Of a stretch of 64,000 nucleotides of DNA, positions 27,218 through 41,529 are shown in pieces; position 1 is the stretch's first letter, and the number at the start of each line of letters is the position of its first letter. This stretch comes from Centroscyllium fabricii (Eukaryota). The stretch spans positions 41,292,001-41,356,000 of the forward strand of contig JBNRSN020000017.1 of NCBI GenBank assembly GCA_051313645.2, read 5' to 3'. The notes beneath the pieces were generated by a model that worked only from the letters and a program-made list of their open reading frames with translations, was not told where the DNA came from and made no database searches. The translations under genes and the position numbers were made by a program.

Positions 27218-27363
27218 ATAACAGAAAACGCTGGAGAAATTCCAGGCAGCATCGGCGGAGAGAGAAACAGAGTTAAACGTTTCAGGTCTCTGAACTCTGT
27301 TTCTCTCGAGTTTCTCCGGCGTTTTCTGTTTCGGATTTCCAGCATCCGCAGTGTTTTGCTATA
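27218..27363. mobile_element. Penelope-like terminal fragment in inverted (foldback) configuration, second family
   Basis: AACAGAAAACGCTGGAGAAA...GAGAGAAACAGAGTT mirrored by AACTCTGTTTCTCTC...TTTCTCCGGCGTTTTCTGTT. Flanked by the direct repeat TAATTAATTTAAA (27205, 27364). Confidence 0.7.
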
Positions 27364-30300
27364 TAATTAATTTAAATATTGTTTTACAAGTCAGGGGTCT
27401 ATTTTTGACGCTGTGTCAGTTTAAAAAAAATATTTCGATGGCCTTTTTGCTGTGGCTGTACTCTCTGTTCTCTGTACACTGAGCGAGAGTCCCTGTCACT
27501 TAATTGATCGCTACTTTTAAAATTGTGGGGTGGGGAGATAAACTTGAGCGTTCATATCGCAAACTTGTCCAAAGCGTTATTGCTTCAACTGAAAGCATTG
27601 TCTGACTTGTCATAGTTGTTAATTATCAATTTGCTATTCAACAATATGACGAAAACACAATCGATGCTCAGTATGTAAGGTGCTTATTGGCAATCGCTAT
27701 CTGCTGATGAATTTATGTATTGTAATGAATTTAATTACCGATCTAAATAAATGATATACGTTGCACGCAGATGGTCATTTTAATATTGTATTGGGTTATT
27801 CCGCGATTTTACTTCCACGCCGGAGGCTGCTGAGACTGAGTTGCGAACCGAGACCGCTCCCCGCCCTCGCCCCGTCTAAAAGCTGCAACCGCTTGAAATT
27901 CAACCGAAGGCGGTCGCCTGGTTGAGGGCCGGGGTCCTTTCAGTGGGTTTCTCTGATACATTCAAGGGCGGCTCATATTTCAAGAGATTTGACAGAAGGA
28001 GCCGAAATGACGGTGTGTCTGTGAACATAAAGCCCCCACCCCCACCCCCCCCCCCGCCGCCCCAAGTTATTCCACCATATTCCAGGACTTGGAAAATCAA
28101 CACACGACTCGCCAAATATCTACTTAAACCGTATTTTAAACTGCAGCCCCCTCCCCCAGCTCTCCAGGACCGATACTTTCCAGGCAATTGTAAAATCACT
28201 TGATGGGGTTTCAGTTGATTTTAGGAATATACCACCCCACCCATCAGACACCGAGACTCGGTGACAGGGTGTCAATCTGCGGAACGGACGGGGGAACCTG
28301 AACTCGCCGAGCGGCCTGGACGTACTTTCGGTTTCAGATCGGAAGATGTGGAGGCTGTGGCTAGAAATCTGCAATTTATCAAAGTAAAAAAGGGCCTTTA
28401 TTTTACAGAGTAAATTACAGTGAGAGAAATAGAATGGCGATTAGAGACAGGAAAAAGACAAGAGAGAGGAAAACACGACAGAGCAGGCAGAGAACCCCGA
28501 GAGAGAGAGAGAGATTGCAGCGGTCAGGCAGGGGGGGGGGGGGGTGGCAAGGGTGCACTGGCAATGCCCACTTTGTTTTCTGTACTGAAAGGACTGCGTT
28601 TTTTTTTAAATTCAACGTGATGTGACACAGCCAAGGTGGGGGGAGTGTAACGTGTGTTCTTTGGGGTCTGCCAGGAGAGAGGAACCCGTGCATTTACTGA
28701 ACTATTTGCCCGAATGAAAACTCAATTCCTTTGCAAAGTATTACTATTTAACCTTTTTTTCCCTAACGTGAAGAGAAAAATGTCAAGGCTATACACAATT
28801 TGTTCTCTATCTATATATAGATATATATATGTGTGTGTGTCTATCGATAAACGCGTGCACATATTGAAACGTTAAACAAAGAGCAACACTCTTTGCAACC
28901 TCACTGTCTCAGTTGATGTGCCATATTTCACCATTTCTGGGGATAGTGCTGAAGGGCCGGATTGAATAAAAAAAAAATTTTGCCCGTCTATTTTAAGAGA
29001 CAGAATGCTTTTTTTTTGCAGAGTGGATCGCGGACATGAAATGAATGGCGAAGCAACGAATGTAAAAAAAAAAGAAAATGGCACAAATGCAGCCCCTGTT
29101 TACAATCGAATAAACACTCTGCTTTACAATATAAGCAGATCCTCGTGATGTTTGATCTGCCGGAGCTGACAGCGCTTGTTTGTGCAGTTGCAGACCGACC
29201 CCCACACTGGCTGCAGACTCTCTCCCCCTTGAGTGAGCGCCGAGCCTCCAACTAGCAGGAGAATTCACCCACATCATGATCCACACGGCAGAACTCCTGG
29301 AATAAAAACTTCAAACACACAGACAGACGTACAGACTTTGACTCTCTCTCTCTGTTAAACACACAAATACCTCGATACCAATGTTAAATTTGACACAACC
29401 TGTAACAACAGTATACCGGGGAGCCCCTGCACGTGTTGCAATGATCATTATTTTTCAAACTGTAATGGTACTAAGATGAAATCTATCACGCATATTTTAT
29501 TTATACAGGTTTACTTAATGCTAAAGTGCTTCCATAGATTAGGAGCCATGGGTCGTCCGAATCCCGATTTTCTACCGATGCCAATGCTTTTTATTAATTC
29601 CCACAAAGGCGCTAAAATAAAAGCAACCTCCATTGCCGAGTAAGCTTTCTTGTTTTGTTTTAGTGCGTTCTTCGCCCTGCATTTTAAGGACATAATTAGC
29701 AACCTAAGCCTTCAGTCAGTCGAATACAATAAGATGCTAGCTGATTACACCCAACCCCCCCATCACCGTTCCCCCCAACCGCGGGGTTCCTCTTTCAAAC
29801 TTCCTTTTCTAACTCTTTTGTTGTTTAAGACACAATAAGCAATAAAATAAATAAATGAAAAGGGTAAAAAGATGTTCCTGCTTTTACAACCCGACCCCCT
29901 TTCCCCCTGTAATGTGCCTGCAATCAAGGTTGCGTTTTATTCACCAATTGTATAACCTTTTTTAAAAGGGAATTGGGCAGACAGAGATGGGATTATAGCG
30001 TTCTACGTGGCTTCACTTCCCTCCCTGCCAACCGACCCTACTATCTGTTCATCGCCAAAGAAAATACTCCCAATTTCTGCTATAATTTGATTAAAAAACA
30101 AAAGAACTTTTGAGGTTCGAAATGTACTTGCAGCCCCCAAAGAGTTTAATCTATTTGCTTTAAGCCTGCAAAACAAGATCTAATTGGCAATGTATTTGTA
30201 ATCCTGCAACCGAAGCCCTGTCAGCTTTTTTACACTTTCAAAAAAAAATAGGATCTACCCGAACAGGCAATGAATGACATTGGCGAAACGCACAGACCTA

Positions 30301-32449
30301 GGCTGAGAACTGGGGACAGAACCTTAGCAAAAAATAACACACTGCTGGATTTTGTCATAAATGTGACCTAATTGTGGGAATTGCATTAACTACATTTTCG
30401 CCGGCTTAAGATTTTATATATATATCACCAGGCGTTTTGTTCGGTAGCTATTTATTACGGGTTCATTTGCCTTGATTCCCGATGCATCAACACGTCCCGA
30501 CAGTAATGGAAACGCAAGGAACAATAATTAAAAAATATATATCACAGGCGAAACAATCCTTTCAAATTAGCACAGCAAAACCATCAATAGATGAAAACTC
30601 GCGCATTTAGTTCAGATTTCCACCAATTAACATTTGGCACGTCTTTTTAAAAGTACCCCAAAAAAACTGATCTGGGAAATCTGAAGTTTAAATTAAGTAA
30701 TAAGGGCACTTATCACAATCCAAAGCAAGAATCCCAAGCTCAGCCACACTATCCTCCCTAACATTTCGAACGGAAACAAAAATAAGCCCATTATGTAGGA
30801 AATATATAATTGACTTCAAAATCCAAACTGCACATTTCTTTTTCTAGATTTCCAGGAAATCTAAACCTTGTCTCTTTCATCAGGGTTTCAAATGCGTGCG
30901 GATGTTGCAATATAGATAGGCTGGACGCTTTGAATTGGGGTGGGGGGGGAGTTATTTTTGAAGATAAAAGGAATCAGTCACCCCACATTCCTTTGCAGAG
31001 TAAAAGGCGAGCCCGTTGCAAGTACTGTAATGATAAGCTTATATTGCACGTTATTTGGAGACCGTGTGGTCAATGGTTTTAGAACATCTTAACCTTTAAA
31101 TGGTGTTGAGATGTTTTATAACATGGTGGGCCGTTTCATTGCTGATTATTTCTCCCACCCACTCCCCTCTACATTGTCGTGTTTATTTATAAACAGCCGA
31201 TGGGGAAAAAAAACAGCCACCCCCCACCCCCTAAAAAAACAACCCAAAAAGAACATACCGAGACGGTGCAGGCGGCAGATCGAGAATGTTTCCTAGAGAA
31301 ACTCCCGCTGTAAATATCTGGTAGGTTTGTGTTTTGTCCCGGGTTGCCTCTGTTTTGCTGATGGATGATGCTCAGACAGGACTCTACCTGCCTCCGTACA
31401 GTATGAGAGGGAATGAACTCGGTCAAACAGATGCGCTCTGCGCTGCCACTCTGCTCGCAAATTTATGGCTTAGCTGACGTGCCTCTTCCACAATGGAGCC
31501 GCTTGACATTAACCATAAAATTGATGAGAGAGAAGCGAAATCTAATCTCTTTTCCAGATCCTCTCCGCTTTCCCCCCAGTCCCAGTGTCCCCGCTTTGGT
31601 CAGCCAGCCTTTGTTACAAACACCGGCGCCTTCGCCACAATGTTTGTTGTTGGTACTTTTTTGGGGGGGGAGGGGGGGCGGAGAATGTTCAAAAAAAAAA
31701 TTCCTAATTCTCTGATCCGAAGAGAAGCTGCAATTCTCCCAACTTCCTAAACTCGGCCATTGTTGGGTTCCCAATATTCACAACTGTGATCAAAGCCCCT
31801 CTCGCCACGGAACCAGGAACTAGTCCCCCTCCCCCAACACCAGGGCCTTTTTTTTTGTTACAAAGAAACTACACAGATTAAAAAGAAATTGACACACGCC
31901 GAGGATTATTCTGATTGTGGTTTACTTTCTAAAGCTCATCTGCTTGCTTTTTTTTTGGGGGGGGGGGGGGGGATTTAATGTTCTGATTATGTTCCGCTGT
32001 AACAGCCGTTCCCGCATTGATCTGTTTCGGACAGACACACAGCCCCTGCGCGCTATTCCGTTCATTCTTCCTCCCATTCCCCGCCCAGTGCCAGAACTCC
32101 CAGGCAGGATTTTATTGTCCTGAACTTTCTGCCGAGGTCACAGCCCTGGGAAAAGAGTGACGTCGCTCCGGGAGCTCCCCCCCACCTCCCCCTGGAATGA
32201 CGTCACTCTGCTGGTGATGTATATGGCGTCATCCAGGTGATGTCACCGACCACTGAAATTTCAGGACAAGCCCAGGAGATTCAGGCTAGCCTGAATATTT
32301 AAACCATGCCCTTATTTCAGGTAAAATAAACACTGAGCAGAAATGTTCCACACAGCTTTATCTCATAGGTTCATCACAGAGTGTATGTATTCCATTTGAA
32401 ACCAGGTCTCCTCCCACATGGCAGCCGCCTCCCATTCTGCCAGTGCTTT

Positions 32450-32855
32450 TCATAAGAACGTAGAAATAGGAGCAGGCCAATCGGCCCCTCGAGCCCGCTC
32501 CGCCATTCAACAAGATCATGGCTGATCTGATCCTAACCTCATCTACCTTCACTCTCCATCCCGCCCAAACCCATGTGATCTCCCGGGAGAGGCAAAAAAA
32601 AAAGATAAAAAACCCAGTGGCCAATTTGGGAGAAAAAATCTGGGAAATTCCTCTCCGACCCATCTAGGTGATCGAAAACTGGTCCAGGAGATCAGTTGGC
32701 CGATCTGAACCTAGCCTCACGTCCACTTGCCTGCCCGCTCACCGTAACCCCGAATTCCCTTTACTTCCAAGAAACTGTCTATCTCGGTTTTAAATGTATT
32801 CAAGGTAGTAGCTTCCACAGCTGTCTGGGGCAGCAAATTCCACAGACCTACCACC
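32450..32855 (-). mobile_element. CR1 3' fragment with the same 3' UTR module as 7641-8570
   Basis: Near-identical to 7641-8050. Confidence 0.9.
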
Positions 32856-32859
32856 TAAT

Positions 32860-33165
32860 TTCACACCTAATCTATAGCTGTATTCTGTCCCCAGCCCCAT
32901 CACTATCTCGTCTCATTTTGAATACCTCTTAATGGCTTTTCTCTTTTGTTCTCTCTTCTCTTTTGTTTTCTCTTCCCTTTTGTTCCCTCCCAGCTCCCCC
33001 GGCCTTCCTACCTGTTTCATTTCCTGGCTTCAGTCTTGACAAAGGGTCCTAACCCGAAACGTCGACTCTATATTTCTCTCTCCACCGATGCTGCCTGGCC
33101 TGCTGAGTTTTTCCAGTATTTTCTGTTGTTATTTTGGATTTCCAGCATCTGCAGTATTTTGCTAT
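32860..33165 (+). mobile_element. Penelope-like 3' end (second family, degenerate hammerhead motif)
   Basis: Pyrimidine-rich tract, then TTGACAAAGGGTCCTAACCCGAAACGTCGAC...CCTGCTGAGTTTTTCCAG...GATTTCCAGCATCTGCAG. Confidence 0.7.
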
Positions 33166-34502
33166 CTTCATCTTTTGTTGGGTTATTGATTATTCATATG
33201 AATATTGCTTGGCAACAGTTTACTTTCTCCATCGCCTCCGTCAGTTGGTCATTGGAACTGCTACTATCAATTTTCAAGGTCCCCGGAGGTTGGGAGCGCA
33301 GCGACATGGCATTGTCCTGGTGGCTGTATCAGAATACACCCCCACTGCATTTTCTCAATTTTCAACTGCCATAATGTTGAGTACAATTTTTTTGTACACA
33401 GCCAGTTACAGTGAGAATCCCAATCTTGGGGAAATTGTGTTGCAAATGGACTGTTTAATGTATACAACTGTCAGTCAGCATCTCCACTGAATATAGAGAG
33501 AGGTGGGGTGCTGATACTGTTCGGCCTCAGCACTCAATCTTTCTCCACTTGGGAGCTGGCAACTTCAATTTGGTTGAGACCCAATGGTATTTATAAAATA
33601 GAAAAAAATGAAGATGTTTTACAGTACAAGGAATACTCTAGGATAACACCTTTATTAACTTCTTCTTGAAGTAATCCTTTAAATGCATCATATAATTTTC
33701 ATAGCCAACCATAAACAATTTTTTTGTTTTTATTTGCGAACATATTGATTCCTCATATAACTTTTTCTCAAAAGAAAACAAATCAATTTGAACATTTATT
33801 CTTTTATGGTGAAATTGCCCACCCTTTCCGGAATAATCCTTTCTCTCCATCACCTATTATATTTGGTTGTTTGATTTGTGTTTGCAGAATGTGATATTCC
33901 AATCTAATTCATTAGCAATTCACAAAGAAGACAGGATAAATTCATTTTTTCAGCTTTAGCTATGTATCACTCACAGATCAAAATTATGTGGGTAACTACT
34001 CCGATTATTTAATTCTCTGTAGGAATCATTAAACGATCATATTGCCATAATAGGAAAAACAAATGACCCGAAAACTTTTAGAAACATAGAAGATAGGAGC
34101 AGGAGTAGGCCATTCAGCCCTTCGAGCCTGCTCTTTGATTATGTATATGCAGCCTTAAGCTCTCAGTTAATTTCTTTTTGCCTTAATGTCCGATTGTATT
34201 TTCCTGTCTCTTCGTTAACAGTTTAAGTGACTAGCAACTGAAATTATTTTTCATATCACTGGTTCACAACTATTTAAACCTGTGACAGAATTTTGAACAA
34301 TAAATAAGAAAACAAAGTCTGAGATCTATCATTAGTATAAAATAGACCGCAAATACAGATTTTTGCATTAGCTGTTACTCTGGAGTGATGTTAACGTTGC
34401 AGTTAACTTAGCCATAGAGTATAAGGTCACAATGTATCTGTATGAAAAATTATTATCTTTAGGTAAAAGTAACGTTTCGCTTGTTTGGGGTTGATTTTTT
34501 TT

Positions 34503-35848
34503 GTCCAAAGATGTGCGGGTTAGGTTGATTGGCCATGATAAATTGACCCTTAGTGTTAGGGGGATTGAATATGCGGGGTTACGGGGATAGGGTGGGATAT
34601 GTGTCGGTGCAGGCTCGATAGGGATCGAGGGATGTGGGGAGAAGGCAGGGACAGGGTGCTGGGTTTGGATGATCAGCCATGATCTCATTGAATGGCGGAG
34701 CAGGCTCGAGGTGTAACGGAATGTGGTGGGGCCCAAATGCAGAGACACTGAAACGTCTTTCTAGAGAAAAACTCCTTTAATATAACCAGATACCAAAAAC
34801 CCAATAAATGCATTCATACACATAATATATATATATACATCTAAACAAGTCTTTGCTGAAGACTGGCACAAGCTTCATACAGTTACAACATAACAAGATA
34901 GAAATAGAAAACAAGTTCCCTTCGGAACTGGTACAAAAACTTCCAAAAGGTTGTGTGGAATGAGTAGAGGAATGCTACGCAGCCAAGCGCATCATTGACC
35001 AGAGGAATACATGTCCAAATCCTGAATACAGGTGGGTGCAAGCAATGTCCTGGGAGTAGATAACTGGATCTCTTCCGAGTCTGCCCTGCGGTCGAGACTC
35101 ACTCCAACGGAGTCTTCTGAGGAAGAGAATACCATCCTTAATCCTTAAGACCCCTCACATAGCCTACAGCAACGTCCAAACCTGAGTTCGGTTGATAATG
35201 ACCAAATGTCCAAGGAGTAGATAACTGGATCTCTTCCAAGTCCGCCCTGCGGTCGAGACTCACTCCACCGGAGTCTTCTGAGGAAGAGAATACCTGATCC
35301 ACTAGCAGGGGAACGCCCTTACTCGACAGATGAATGTCCAAGCCTGAACTGCAGAATAGCAGAGTGCAATGTCAAGGCTGAGTGATATGAGCTCCAAACC
35401 CCATTGCCTCTCCAGCAGCTCAGTCTGAACTGCAGAATAGCAGAGTGCAATGTCAAGGCTGAGTGATACGAACTCCAAACCCCATTGCCTCTCCAGCAGC
35501 TCAGCACAGAAACCAACTCCTCCAGCAGTATGAAGAAAGTCAATCCAATCCAATGAAGGTAGCTATTCAATGATCCCGCACCTGCCTCATCAAGACCTCC
35601 AGCTTAAGAGCAAAACCGGCAAACAGATCATATAGTGTTAGCCAATAAGCTGCAGGCAAAGATAACAGGGACACATAGGCATGTGAAACCGATAATCAAT
35701 ATGATAATAGGATAACAGGGGAACAAGTCCTCAATACAGGTGTGCAGCATACAACCAAGCTGTCTTAGAAACCTTAAAGGGAAAGGCACCCTGTGACACG
35801 AGGGGCCGAATGGCCTACTCCTGCTCCTATCTTCTATGTTTCTATGTT
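34503..35848 (+). mobile_element. 5'-truncated HE1-type SINE interrupted by a solo LTR
   Basis: Starts at GTCCAAAGATGTGCGGGTTAGG. The CR1-derived tail is split at GCTCGAGG and resumes at 35799 with CGAGGGGCCGAATGGCCTAC. Confidence 0.9.
34712..35798 (-). mobile_element. Solo LTR, 1087 bp (Gypsy- or ERV-type, class unresolved)
   Basis: TGTAAC...GTGACA termini with a 5-bp TSD CGAGG (34707-34711, 35799-35803). Internal tandem duplications; homologous to 61968-62957. Strand inferred from minus-strand TATA-like and ATTAAA motifs. Confidence 0.88.
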
Positions 35849-36038
35849 ACAGTCTGTAATGGTATCAGTGAGTCTCTTCCCAGTTTGGCCAAGTGGGACA
35901 GGCAGCCTCCACAACAGCAGTTCTCCGATGCCATCTAACTTAGGTTAGTGCCTTCTTGTCATTGAACACCAATCCTACTACTCACAGATCATCCTTGCCA
36001 GTGTCTAGAAACCAAATTGATGGCTATCAGTATGTAGA

Positions 36039-36443
36039 AACATAGAAACATAGAAACTAGGAGCAGGAGTAGGCCATTCGGCCCTTCGAGCCTGCTCCGC
36101 CATTCAATGAGATCATGGCTGATCATCCAAACCCAGTACCCCGCCCCTGCCCTCTCCCCATATCCCTCGATCCCTATCGAGCCTGCACCAACACATATCC
36201 CACCCTATCCCCATAATCCCACATATTCAATCCCCCTAACACTGAGGGTCAATTTATCCTGGCCAATCAACCTAACCCGCACATCTTTGGACTGTGGGAG
36301 GAAACCGGAGCACCCAGAGGAAACCCACGCAGATACGGGGAGAATGTGCAAACTCCACACAGATAGTACCCGAGGCTGGATTTGAACCCGGGTCTCCAGT
36401 GCTGTGAGACAACAGCACTAACCACTGTGCCACCGTGCCGCCC
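36039..36443 (-). mobile_element. Full-length HE1-type tRNA SINE with CR1 tail
   Basis: Head GGGCGGCACGGTGGCACAGTGGTTAG (A box), GGTTCAAATCC (B box), V-like core TGTGTGGAGTTTGCACATTCTCCCCG and (TTTCTATG)n tail. TSD ATGTAGA. Confidence 0.95.
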
Positions 36444-36839
36444 ATGTAGATCATCCAACAGCACCAATGTCTGGATATTATGTGACTGTTGCAGCAAGAC
36501 TATTTAAGGGCAGCAGCCATATGTGCCCTAATGATTGTAAACAGCACTGTCACTGGCAATGTTCTATGTTTACACAACAGGTCTTTATTTCGTATGTGGT
36601 CTTTCCGCAGCATTGCCAAGATATATCTGATGCACTATATCTCAAACTGAGACCGCGTCAAGGCTATGAAAGCAATATATTGGCAGCTGCAATGTGAGAT
36701 GACAGTACATGCATTTTGGTTAGGATTTGAACAACGTGGTACTGGAAAAATGGTTCCAGAAGGCATTCCACTCCAGGCACAAATTAAATGCAATAGCGAA
36801 TTTTTGTGTTTGTCATTTTTGTCTGACAGCAGATTACCC

Positions 36840-37745
36840 AGATATGTGGGGTGGTAAATAGCGAGGAGGGAAGCCTCAGTCTGCAGGACGATATAGATGA
36901 GTTGGTCAGATGGGCGGAACAGTGGCAAATGGAATTTAACCCTGAAAAGTGTGAGGTGATGCATTTTGGGAGGACTAACAAGGCAAGGGAATACACAATG
37001 AATGGTTGGACCCTAGGAAAGACAGAGGATCAGAGGGACCTTGGTATGCATGTATATAGATCCCTGAAGGCAGCAGGACAGGTGGATAAGGTGGTTAAAA
37101 AGGCATATGGGATGCTTGCCTTCATTAGCCGAGGCATAGAATATAAGAGCAGGGAGGTTATGATGGAGCTGTACAAAACGCTGGTAAGGCCACAGCTGGA
37201 ATACTGTGTGCAGTTCTGGTCGCCACACTATAGGAAGGATGTGATTGCTTTGGAGAGGATGCAGAGGAGATTCACCAGGATGTTACCTGGGCAGGAGCGC
37301 TTCAGCTATGAAGAAAGACTGGACAGGCTGGGGTTGTTTTCCTTGGAGCAGAGAAGGCTGAGGGGGGACTTGATTGAGATGTACAAAATTATGAGGGGCA
37401 TAGATAGGGTAGATAGAAAGGAGCTTTTTCCCTTAGTGGAGGGGTCAATAACAAGGGGGCATAGTTTCAAGTTAAGGGGCAGGAGGTTCAGAGGGGATTT
37501 GAGGAGGAACTTTTTCACCCAGAGGGTGGTTGGAATCTGGAATTCACTGCCTGAAAGGGTGGTAGAGGCAGGAACCCTCACAACATTCAAGAAGCATTTA
37601 GAGGAGCACTTGAAATGCCATAGCATAGAAGGCTACGGACCAAATGCAGGAAAATAGGATTAGAATAGACGGGGCTTGATGGCCGGTGCGGACATGATGG
37701 GCCGAAGGGCCTCTTTCTGTGCTGTAAAACTCTATGACTCTATGT
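36840..37745 (+). mobile_element. 5'-truncated CR1 LINE
   Basis: ORF 36851-37657 (WQMEFNPEKCEVMHFG...LVRPQLEYCVQFWSPHY), with (ACTCTATG)n tail. Confidence 0.95.
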
Positions 37746-38159
37746 AAATTCCACCTCAGATCATGCTTTGTTGTTCAAAATGCTTATTTCAGTGGTTCTA
37801 TTAGCACACCACAAGAAAGATTGTGTGAAATACCATGTGACAGTTTTGCCCAGTAGGTGAATTTTCTAAACATATTTAAAAACTAAATAAGAGGCACTCT
37901 TTTGTCAGTACACTAGAGTAATTAAGAAGGAGGATCCTGTTGGGTAACTTGGTGATTCAGCACATGCTGCATCACAGATGGCAAGTTTCAAATTCCTAAA
38001 TGGGATTTCCCACATGACGAGTTTTCCAATGATAATTGTCCAGTGTCTGTTGTGACAAAGCAGAGGCCAGATATTACCCACATGAAGGGAGAGAGGGATA
38101 AATGGTCCAGTCACCATTGGCTACTTTTGAATACCTTTTAGTGGCAGGCTATTCAATAA

Positions 38160-38530
38160 TAAGAAAGAACTTGCCTTTCTGCCTTTAACATCTACAGGAC
38201 ATCCCAAAACACTTTGCAGCTAATGAATGAATTTGAAATGCAGTAGCCAATTTGCACACAGCAAAGTCCCACAAACTGACCAGTTAATCTGTTTCGGTGG
38301 TGTTGATTGAGGGAGGAATGTTGGACAGGACATGTGGAGAACTCCCCTGCTCTTCTTCAAATAGTGTTATGGGAAATTTGATACCTGAAGAGCCAGACAG
38401 GACCTCTGTTTAACATTTCATCTGAAAGATGACAATTCTGACAAAGCAGCACTCCCTCCATACTGCACTGACGTGTCAGTTCAGATTATGTACTCAAGAC
38501 CTTGGAGTGGGGCTTGAAGCCATGACTTTC
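38160..38530 (-). mobile_element. Diverged SacSINE1/DeuSINE-like copy
   Basis: Colinear with 10934-11345. Confidence 0.75.
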
Positions 38531-41440
38531 ATAGAAGATAGGAGCAGAAGTAGGCCATTTGGCCCCTCGAGCCTGCTCCGCCATTTAATGAAATCATGGC
38601 TGTTCATCAAAATTCAGTACCCTGTCCCTGCTTTCGCCCCATATCCATTGATCCCTTTAGCCTTAAGAAATATATCTAACTCCTTGAATATATTTAATGA
38701 ATTGGCCTCAACTGCCTTCTGTGGTAGAGAATTCCACAGGTTCACCACTCTCTGGGTGAAGAAATTCCTCCTCATCTCAGTCCCAAATGGCTTCCCCTTA
38801 TCTTTAGACTGTGACCCCTGGTTCTGGACTCCCCCGCCATCACTGACATCCTTCCTGCATCTAGTCTGTCTAGTCCTGTTAGAATTTTCTAAGTTTCAAT
38901 GAGATCCCCTCTCATTCTTCTAAACTCCAGTGAATATAAGCCCAATCGACCCAATCTCTCCTCATACGTCATTCCTGCCATCCCAGGTATCAGTCTGGTG
39001 AATCTTCACTGCACTCCCTCCATGGCAAGAACATCCTTCCTCAGATAAGGTGACCAAAACTGCACACAATACTCAAGGTGTGGTCTCACCAAGGCCCTAT
39101 ACAACTGTAGCAAGACATCCTTGCTCCTGTACTCAAATCCTCTCATTATGAAGGCCAACATACCGTTTGCCTTCTTAACCGCCTACTGCACCTGCATGCT
39201 TACCTTCAGCGACGGGTGCACAAGGACACCCAGGTCTTGTTGCACTTCCCCTTCTCCCAATCTATAGCTGTTCAGATAATAATCTGCCTTCCTGTTTTTG
39301 CCACCAAAGTGGATAACCTCGCATTAATCCACATTATACTGCATCTGCCATGCATCTGCCCAATCACTCAACCTGTCCAAATCATACTGGAGTTTCTCGG
39401 CATCCTCCTCACAGTACACATGCCCACCCGGCTTTGTGTCATCTGCAAACTTGGAGATATTACATCTAGTCCCCTTGTCTAGATCATTAACATATATTGT
39501 GAATAGCGGGGGTCCTAGCACCAATTCCTGCAGTACCCTACTAGTTACTGCCTGCTACTCGGAAAAAGACCCGTTTATTCCAACTCTTTACTTCCTGTCT
39601 GCCAACCAGTTCTCTATCCAAGTCAGTACCTTACCCACAATCCCAAGTGCTTTAACTTTACATCCGATCCCGCCAATTACCGTCCCATCAGTCTACTCTC
39701 AATCATCAGCAAAGTGATGGAAGGTGTCGTCGACAGTGCTATCAAGTGGCACTTACTCAGCAATAACCTACTAACTAACGCCCAGTTTGGGTTCCGCCAG
39801 GGCCACTCAGCTCCTGACCTCATTATAGCCTTGGTCCAAACATGGACAAAAGAGCTGAACTCAAGAGGTGAGGTGAGAGTGACTGCCCTTGACATCAAGG
39901 CAGCATTTGATCGAGTGTGGCATCAAGGAGCCCTGGCAAAGCTGAAGTCAATGGGAATCAAGGGGAAAACTCTCCATTGGTTGGAATCATACCTAGCACA
40001 AAGAAAGTTGGCTGTGGTTGTTGGAGGTCATTCATCTCAACCACAGGACATCACTGCAGGAGTTCCTCAGGGCAGTGTCCTAGGCCCAACCATCTTCAGC
40101 TGTTTCATCAATGACCTTCCCTCCATCATAAGGTCAGAAGTGGGGATGTTTGCTGATGATTGCACACTATTCAGCACCATTCGAGACTCGTCAGATACTG
40201 ACGCAGTCTGTGTCCATATGCAGCAAGACCTGGACAACATTCAGACTTGGGCTGACAAGTGGCAAGTAACATTCGCACCACACAAGTGCCAGGCAATGAC
40301 CATCTCCAACAAGCGAGACTCTAACCATCTCCCCTTGACATTCAATGGCATTATCATCGCTGAATCCCCCACTATCAACATCCTGGGGGTTACCATTGAT
40401 TGGAAACTGAACTGGACCAGCCATATAAATACTGTGGCTACAAGAGCAGGCCAGAGGCTGGGAATTCTGTGGTGAGTGTCTCACCTCCTGACTCCCCAAA
40501 GCCTTTCCACCATCTACAAGGCACAAGTCAGGAGTGTGATGGAATACTCTCCACTTGCCTGGATGAGTGCAGCTCCAACAACACTCAAGAAGCTCGACAC
40601 CATTCAGGATAAAGCAGGCCGCTTGATTGGCACTCCATCCACCACCTTCAACATTCACTCCCTCCACCACCGGCGCACTGTGGCTGCAGTGTGTACCATC
40701 TACAAGATGCACTGCAGCAACTCGCCAAAGCTCCTTCAACAGCAGCTTCCAAACCCGCAACCTCTACCACTTAGAAGGACAAGGGCAGCAGATGCATGGG
40801 AACAGCACCACCTACAAGTTCCCCTCCAAGCCACACACCATCCTGACTTGGACCTGCATCGCCGCTCCTTCACTGTCGCTGGGCCAAAATCCTGGAACTC
40901 CCTTCCTAACAACATTGTGGGTGTACCTACACCATATGGACTGCAGCGGTTCAAGAAGGCGGCTCACCACCATCTTCTCAAGGGCAATTAGGGATGGGCA
41001 CTAAATGCAAGCCTAGCCAGCCAGTGACGCCCACATCCCATCAATTAATAAATTTAAAAAAACATGCTAATCTCTTATGCGGGACCTTATTGAAAGCCTT
41101 CTGAAAGTCCAAATACACCACATCTACTGGTTCTCCCTTATCTATTCTAGCAGTTACATCAAAAAATTCCAGTAGATTAGTCAAGCATGATTTACCTTTA
41201 GTAAATCCATGTTGGCTTTGTCTGATCCTGTCACTGTTTTCCAAGTGCTCTGCTATTACATCTTTTATAATGGACTCTAGCATTTGCCCCACTCCCGATG
41301 TCAGGCTTACCAGTCTATAATTCCCCATTTTCTCTCTGCCACCTTTTTTGAATAGTGGGGTTGCATTAGCTACCATCCAATCCATGGGAACTGTTCCAGA
41401 GTCCATCAAATTTTGGAAGATGACCAGCAATGCATCTAGC
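38530..41440 (-). mobile_element. CR1 LINE fragment split by a second LINE (CR1 parts 38530-39660 and 41060-41440)
   Basis: RT motifs KFADDTK and NYRLVSLTS...QHGFTKGKSCLTNLLEFF...VYLDFQKAF, with frameshifts. The sequence TTAACTTTACAT|GCTAATCTC is continuous across the insertion. Confidence 0.9.
39662..41060 (+). mobile_element. CR1/L2-group LINE of a second family (RT to 3' end)
   Basis: ANYRPISLLS..., QFGFR, ALDIKAAFDRVWH, GVPQGSVLGP, MFADD motifs. One stop near 40475; A-rich tail. Confidence 0.9.
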
Positions 41441-41529
41441 CTTTCTGACAGAGATAAGTACGCTTCCAACTGAGCCAAGCCAGTAAATTAGCCGAGGCCT
41501 GGGCGCAAGAGGCAGTACCTTTAGCCACT

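Noticed and set aside
36360-36443. tRNA-like A/B boxes here and at other HE1 heads
   Set aside because: SINE heads, not complete tRNA genes.
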